Assembly (NCBI RefSeq): GCF_009914755.1
Contig: NC_060927.1
Source: the human T2T-CHM13v2.0 reference genome, Homo sapiens
Strand: one strand, 5' to 3'
DNA length: 64,000 nucleotides
In this document: positions 53,716 through 64,000 of the stretch, piece by piece
Numbering within the stretch: position 1 is the first letter of the stretch
How the letters are laid out: every line of letters begins with the position of its first letter
Notes under the pieces: model-generated
Seen by the model: only the letters and a program-made list of their open reading frames with translations
Databases searched by the model: none
What the model was told of the DNA's origin: nothing
Position numbers and translations under genes: made by a program

Positions 53716-54687
53716 CCATCAGAGTGAACAGGCAACCTACAGAATGAGAAAAAATTTTTGCAATCTACCCATCTGACAAAGGGCTAATATCCAGAATCTA
53801 CAATGAACTCAAACAAATTAACAAGAAAAAAACAAACAACCCCACCAACAAGTGGGTGAAGGATATGAACAGACACTTCTCAAAAGACATTTATGCAGCC
53901 AAAAGACACATGAAAAAATGCTCATCATCACTGGACATCAGAGAAATGCAAATCAAAAACCACAGTGAGATACCATCTCACACCAGTTAGAATGGCGATC
54001 ATTAAGAAGTCAGGAAACAACAGGTGCTGGAGAGGATGTGGAGAAATAGGAACACTTTTACACTGTTGGTGGGACTGTCAACTAGTTCAACCATTGTGGA
54101 AGTCAGTGTGGCGATTCCTCAGGGATCTAGAACTAGAAATACCATTTGACCCAGCCATCCCATTACTGGGTATATACCCAAAGGATTATAAATCATGCTG
54201 CTATAAAGACACATGCCCATGTATGTTTATTGTGGCACTATTCACAATAGCAAAGACTTGGAACCAAGCCAAATGTCCAACAATGATAGACTGGATAAAG
54301 AAAATGTGGCACATATACACTATGGAATACTGTGCAGCCATAAAAAATGATGAATTCATGTCCTTTGTAGGGATATGGATGAAGCTGGAAACCACCATTT
54401 TCAGCAAACTATCTCAAAGACAAAAAACCAAACACCGCATGTTCTCACTCACAGCTGGGAATTGAACAACGAGAACACATGGACACAGGAAGGGGAACAT
54501 CACACACTGGGGCCTGTTGTGGGGTGTGGGGAGGGGGGAGGGATAGCATTAGGAGATATACCGAATGTAAATGATGAGTTAATGGGTGCAGCACACCAAC
54601 ATGGCACATGTATACATATGTAACAAACCTGCACGTTGTGCACATGTACCCTAAAATTTAAAGTATAATTTAAAAAAAAACAGAAAA
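53716..54687 (+). mobile_element. 5'-truncated L1PA4/5-like element (ORF2 C-terminus and 3'UTR)
   Basis: [16 protein letters not shown] cysteine-rich domain; 3'UTR aatgtaaatga...caccaacatggc; TSD aaaaattta. Confidence 0.95.
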
Positions 54688-55736
54688 AAAAATTTAGAAT
54701 TTTTACAATCAAGCACAAATATTTCATCCAAAAATCTGTAAAAATATGCAAGTAAAAAAATGAAACAGAATGTAAGTGGATGGTCAAAATGAAAATATTT
54801 TTATACATATTTATCATCATTTAAGTCCCAAAAGATATGAGGTGGCATAGAGTAAAATACATATACTGTAGGTAAAATTAATTTCAGAAAATAAAAGTTA
54901 AATAAATTACAGAGATGGTAGATATTATGCCAGGAAACTAGGATAAGAAAATCATATTAACTGAATATAGAATTTGATTCCAAGCTTTCTAGTTGCCAAA
55001 GGGAGGAAAAGCACAGAATGATTTTCTATCCATTGTCTGATTAAAGGAAGCATCCTTGTTCTTTAGAAAAGACACATTTTTCCCTGTTTTTTAAGTCTGA
55101 ATTGAACATCTTCAATATATACTGTGGTAGATTATGAAATGTGAACTTTAGAAAAGTAAAAAAGATAGTATCATCCATCTAAGACTTTAATTTTGTCCTG
55201 TAGAAATTTGTGACTTAGTGAGGTAAACCAATTTGCCTTGGGTCACACAGAAATAAGAGCAATTTGGTAAATGATACAGAAATATTTTCCTGTTATGTTA
55301 AATTCTTTAAATTAGCATTTTTGGAAGTCATTTGTAGAGTAGTTCAAGGGAATTGTGTTGGTGTGTCGCTTTGAAATTATAAAGGGATGGCTGTTTGACA
55401 TGCATTTCATCTTTCTGAAAAATAAGCTTAGTTCCTAACTTGGTCTTGAATTGATAGCTCCCATCATTGTTGAATAAGACAGTTAATCCCTCAATGAATA
55501 TCTGCAGTTCAAATGTTTTGTGTTGTTGATTAAAGTGAGAGTCATGGGCTCCAAATGACGATGTGCAGGTGGCAAAGTAATGTCCATATTAATAAAAAAA
55601 AACAAAGAATGTTATTTCTATTCTTGCCCAAGTAGAGAATATTTTCACCTATCAACTTCGGGCAAAACAGTGCCAGTGCAAAGAGGAAAGATCATAACTC
55701 AGAGACTTAAGATGTGGATTTGGAAAGTGAATCCAT

Positions 55737-56060
55737 GCCAGGCACAGTGGCTCATGCCTATAATCCCAACACTTTGGGAGGCCGAGGTGGGTGGATCACT
55801 TGAGTTCAGGGGTTTGAGACAAGACTGGCCACCATGATGAAACCCTATCTCTACTAAAAATACTAAAATTAGCCGAGTGTGGTGGTGCACACCTGTAATC
55901 CCAGCTACTCTGGAGGCTGAGGCAGGAGAATCACTTGCACCTGGGAGGCAGAGGTTTCATTGAGACAAGATCGTACCATTGCACTCCAGCCTGGGCCTGG
56001 GTTACAAATGAGACTCTGTCTCAAAAAAAAAAAAAAAAAAGGAAAAAGAAAAAGAAAAAA
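55737..56060 (+). mobile_element. Alu (Sz/Jb-like)
   Basis: Full Alu; TSD gaaagtgaatccatg (55723-55737 / 56061-56075). Confidence 0.95.
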
Positions 56061-57073
56061 GAAAGTGAATCCATGTTACTCAAGTCCCAAATGTATTAGG
56101 GTGTTACCATGAAAAATGTTTTTGGTTTATTTATTTATAAGATATAAAATACAAAGCCAGTGGAAAATTTCTAGGAAATAATATTGTGCAGTAAAAAAGA
56201 GAGTACAACAGTATATAACATATTGACCTCTTATCTAGCTTCAGACAGAATGGTTTTTTTTTTTTTTTTTTTTTGTCTTTGGCAGGACATTACGCTTCAT
56301 TTGAGTGATTATAGGTCTGATAATTTTTCAAAGGTACTGGAGGAAAAGCAACAGTTTCATTTCTGTTTAACAGATACTACTTTTCTATGACTGCCAACCA
56401 AGGTCAAGAAGGTGATTTGGCCAAAGGCCCAGTGTAATCAAAGCCACTGTAGGTAAAGTGAAATATTTAATTATAACTCTCATTTTCCAAATGACTTCTT
56501 GACTAAATGGTTGCTCAAACATGAACCCAGGCTGCCAGGAGTGATTGTGCTTTCTGGGTGGACAAATGAAGGAAATTAAAGAAACCAGCCTGTTCGTGTA
56601 ATTCTTGGCTGAATAAGAATCCATTCTTGAGCGAATATATAATAAGAGAGTAAAAATGAAGGCTAAACATGAAAGGAGTAGAGGACAGAGCCTGATAGAC
56701 TGAGGTTAGGCATGCTTTCCATTGGCAATATCACATCAAGAGTAATAGAAGGTGAGAGGAAACGAAGATTGGATTTTAATATGAAGGTTTTATGCCAAAG
56801 CAATTGTTGCAATAATCGATAAAGCATGGCATAATATTAAGATTCTTTCTTTTTTTTAATTTATTATTATTATACTTTAAGTTTTAGGGTACATGTGCAC
56901 AATGTGCAGGTTAGTTACATATGTATACATGTGCCATGCTGGTGCGCTGCACCCACTAACTCATCATACAGCGTTAAGTATATCTCCCAATGCTATCCCT
57001 CCCCCCTCCCCCCACCCCACAACAGTCCCCAGAGTGTGATGTTCCCCTTCCTGTGTCCATGTGTTCTCATTGT

Positions 57074-60899
<3,826 letters not shown>

Positions 60900-60962
60900 T
60901 ATGGTGTTAGCTGGTTATTTTGCTCGTTAGTCCACGCAGCTTCTTCCTAGTCTTGATGGTCT

Positions 60963-61943
60963 TTACATTTTGGCATGATTTTGCAGCGGCTTGTATCGGT
61001 TGTTCCTTTCCATGTTTAGTACTTCCTTCAGGAGCTCTTGTACGGCAGGCCTGGTGGTGACAAAATCTCTCAGCATTTGCTTGTCTGTAAAGGATTTTAT
61101 TTCTCCTTCACTTATGAAGCTTAGTTTGGCTGGATATGAAATTCTGGGTTGAAAATTCTTTTCTTTGAGAATGTTGAATATTGGCCCCCACTCTCTTCTG
61201 GCTTGTAGAGTTTCTGCCGAGAGATCCGCTGTTAGTCTGATGGGCTTCCCTTTGTGGGTAACCCGACCTTTCTCTCTGGCTGCCCTTAACATTTTTTCCT
61301 TCATTTCAACTTTGGTGAATCTGACAATTATGTGTCTTGGAGTTGCTCTTCTCGAGGAGTATCTTTGTGGTGTTCTCTGTATTTCCTGAATCTGAATGTT
61401 GGCCTGCCTTGCTAGATTGGGGAAGTTCTCCTGGATAATATCCTGCAGAGTGTTTTCCAACTTGGTTCCATTCTCCCCATCATTCACATGGTCCCAAATT
61501 TCTTGGAGGCCTTGCTTGTTTCTTTTTATTCTTTTTTCTCTAAACTTCCCTTCTCACTTCATTTCATTCACTTCATCTTCTATTGCTGATATCCCTTCTT
61601 CCAGTTGATCGCATCAGCTCCTGAGGCTTCTGCATTCTTCACGTAGTTCTCGAGCCTTGGTTTTCAGCTCCATCAGCTCCTTTAAGCACTTCTCTGTATT
61701 GGTTATTCTAATTATACATTCTTCTAAACTTTTTTCAAAGTTTTCAACTTCTTTGCCTTTGGTTTGAATGTCCTCCAGTAGCTCGGAGTAATTTGATCGT
61801 CTGAAGTCTTCTTCTCTCAGCTCATGAAAGTCATTCTCCATCCAGCTTTGTTCCGTTGCTGGTGAGGAACTGCGTTCCTTTGGAGGAGGAGAGGCACTCT
61901 GCTTTTTAGAGTTTCCAGTTTTTTGGCTCTTTTTTTTCCCCAT
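60963..61943 (-). pseudogene. L1 ORF1, disrupted
   Basis: MGKK...HAKM; two CGA>TGA stops (61614-61616, 61554-61556) and a 36-bp in-frame deletion near 61483. Confidence 0.93.
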
Positions 61944-62920
61944 CTTTGTGGTTTTATCTACTTTTGGTCTTTCATGATGGTGATGTACAGATGGGTTTTT
62001 GGTGTGGATGTCCTTTCTGTTTGTTAGTTTTCCTTCTAACAGACAGGACCCTCAGCTGCAGGTCTGTTGGAGTACCTGGCCATGTGAGGTGTCAGTCTGC
62101 CCCTGCTAGGGGGTGCCTCCCAGTTAGGCTGCTCGGGGGTCAGGGGTCAGGGACCCACTTGAGGAGGCAGTCTGCCCGTTCTCAGATCTCCAGCTGCATG
62201 CTGGGAGAACCACTGCTCTCTTCAAAGCTGTCCGACAGGGACATTTAAGTCTGCAGAGGTTACTGCTGCCTTTTTGTTTGTCTGTGCCCTGCCACCAGAG
62301 GTGGAGCCTACAGAGGCAGGCAGGCCTCCTTGAGCTGTGGTTGGCTCCACCCAGTTCGAGCTTCCCTGCTGCTTTGTTTACCTAAGCAAGCCTGGGCAAT
62401 GGCAGGCGACCCTCCCCCAGTCTCCAGTCTCGCTGCCGCCTTGCAGTTTGATCTCAGACTGCTGTGCTAGCAATCAGTGAGACTCTGTGGGCGTAGGACC
62501 CTCCAAGCCAGGTGCGGAATATAATCTCCTGGTGAGCCGTTTTTTAAGACCATCAGAAAAGCACAGTATTCGGTGGGAGTGACCCGATTTTCCAGGTGCC
62601 ATCTGTCACCCCTTTCTTTGACTAGGAAAGGGAACTCCCTGACCCCTTGCACTTCCCGAGTGAGGCAATGCCTCTCCCTGCTTCGGCTCGTGCATGGTGC
62701 GCGCACCCACTGACCTGCGCCCACTGTCTGGCACTCCCTAATGAGATGAACCCGGTACCTCAGATGGAAATGCAGAAATCACCCGTCTTCTGCGTCGCTC
62801 ATGCTGGGAGCTGTAGACCGGAGCTGTTCCTATTCGGCCATCTTCAAGATTCTTTGAAAAAGAGAGAGGAGTTGGCACAAGTCAATATGGGGACAAAGTT
62901 GGTGAGAATTCCTTACTTTA

Positions 62921-63333
<413 letters not shown>

Positions 63334-64000
63334 TTATCCAACAATTCCTGTTGTAATAATCTATCCCACATAAATAACAGAATGTGAATATATGTGTATA
63401 TATATGTATGTACATATGCATGTAGTTAGGTAGGTACATATACACATACACAGAGTGATATGTACATATATATCTAAATTCCATTTCAGTATTGTTTATA
63501 TTAGCAAAAACTGGAGGCAAACTAAGGCGCCATCTACATCATGCATCTTTTTAAAGGAAATGTATCATATGTAATAAACTAATTTTAAGCAAAAATGCAG
63601 GTTACACGCTGATATGTAACAAGAAGTGTTAGAAAGAGATTTGTAAAATAGATACACATATTGATATATGTATTATGATGCCTGCATAAGTAAAGCAGAA
63701 AGTTAGGAAGTACATATAACTCTCAGTTTTTACCTTGGTGCGACTGGAGGGGTGAAAGAAAGAACTTTAATCTCCTTACAAAATTTTTAGAAGAGCTAAT
63801 GGTATGAGTAAATATGGGGTAAATATTTATTTTTTATAACTTTCTGTATCTTATAAAAAATTTGTAATGAGTTAGATATTTATCTGTATATTAACTATCT
63901 GGTTTGCACAGATAGACTGCATATTTCTAAAGATTTTAAAGGTAATATTAGGAGATAAACATCTCTAACATGTCTTCCACTGGAAGAAGGAAAACCATGA

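Overview
Primate (human or great ape: AluY, L1PA3, THE1A present) AT-rich, repeat-dominated genomic DNA. I see no intact host protein-coding exon. The main landmarks are: (1) a full-length old L1 (L1MA2-like, 37050-46551, +) that still has its TSD and carries a full-length processed KRT8 pseudogene inserted in ORF1; (2) a near-full-length but inactivated L1PA3 (56849-62845, -); (3) a 5'-truncated Y1 RNA retrocopy; (4) many Alus, truncated L1s, MaLR/ERV solo LTRs, L2 and DNA-transposon fossils, often nested up to four layers deep. Nearly all ORFs in the track are TE-derived, pseudogene-derived or chance. I found no prokaryote-type system and no convincing novel biological system. The features worth follow-up are modest: nested template-switch-like palindromes, candidate non-coding exons, CTCF motifs, an LTR carrying NF-kB and AP-1 sites, and retrotransposition signatures. 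Repeat subfamily names come from recalled consensus sequences and need RepeatMasker/Dfam confirmation.
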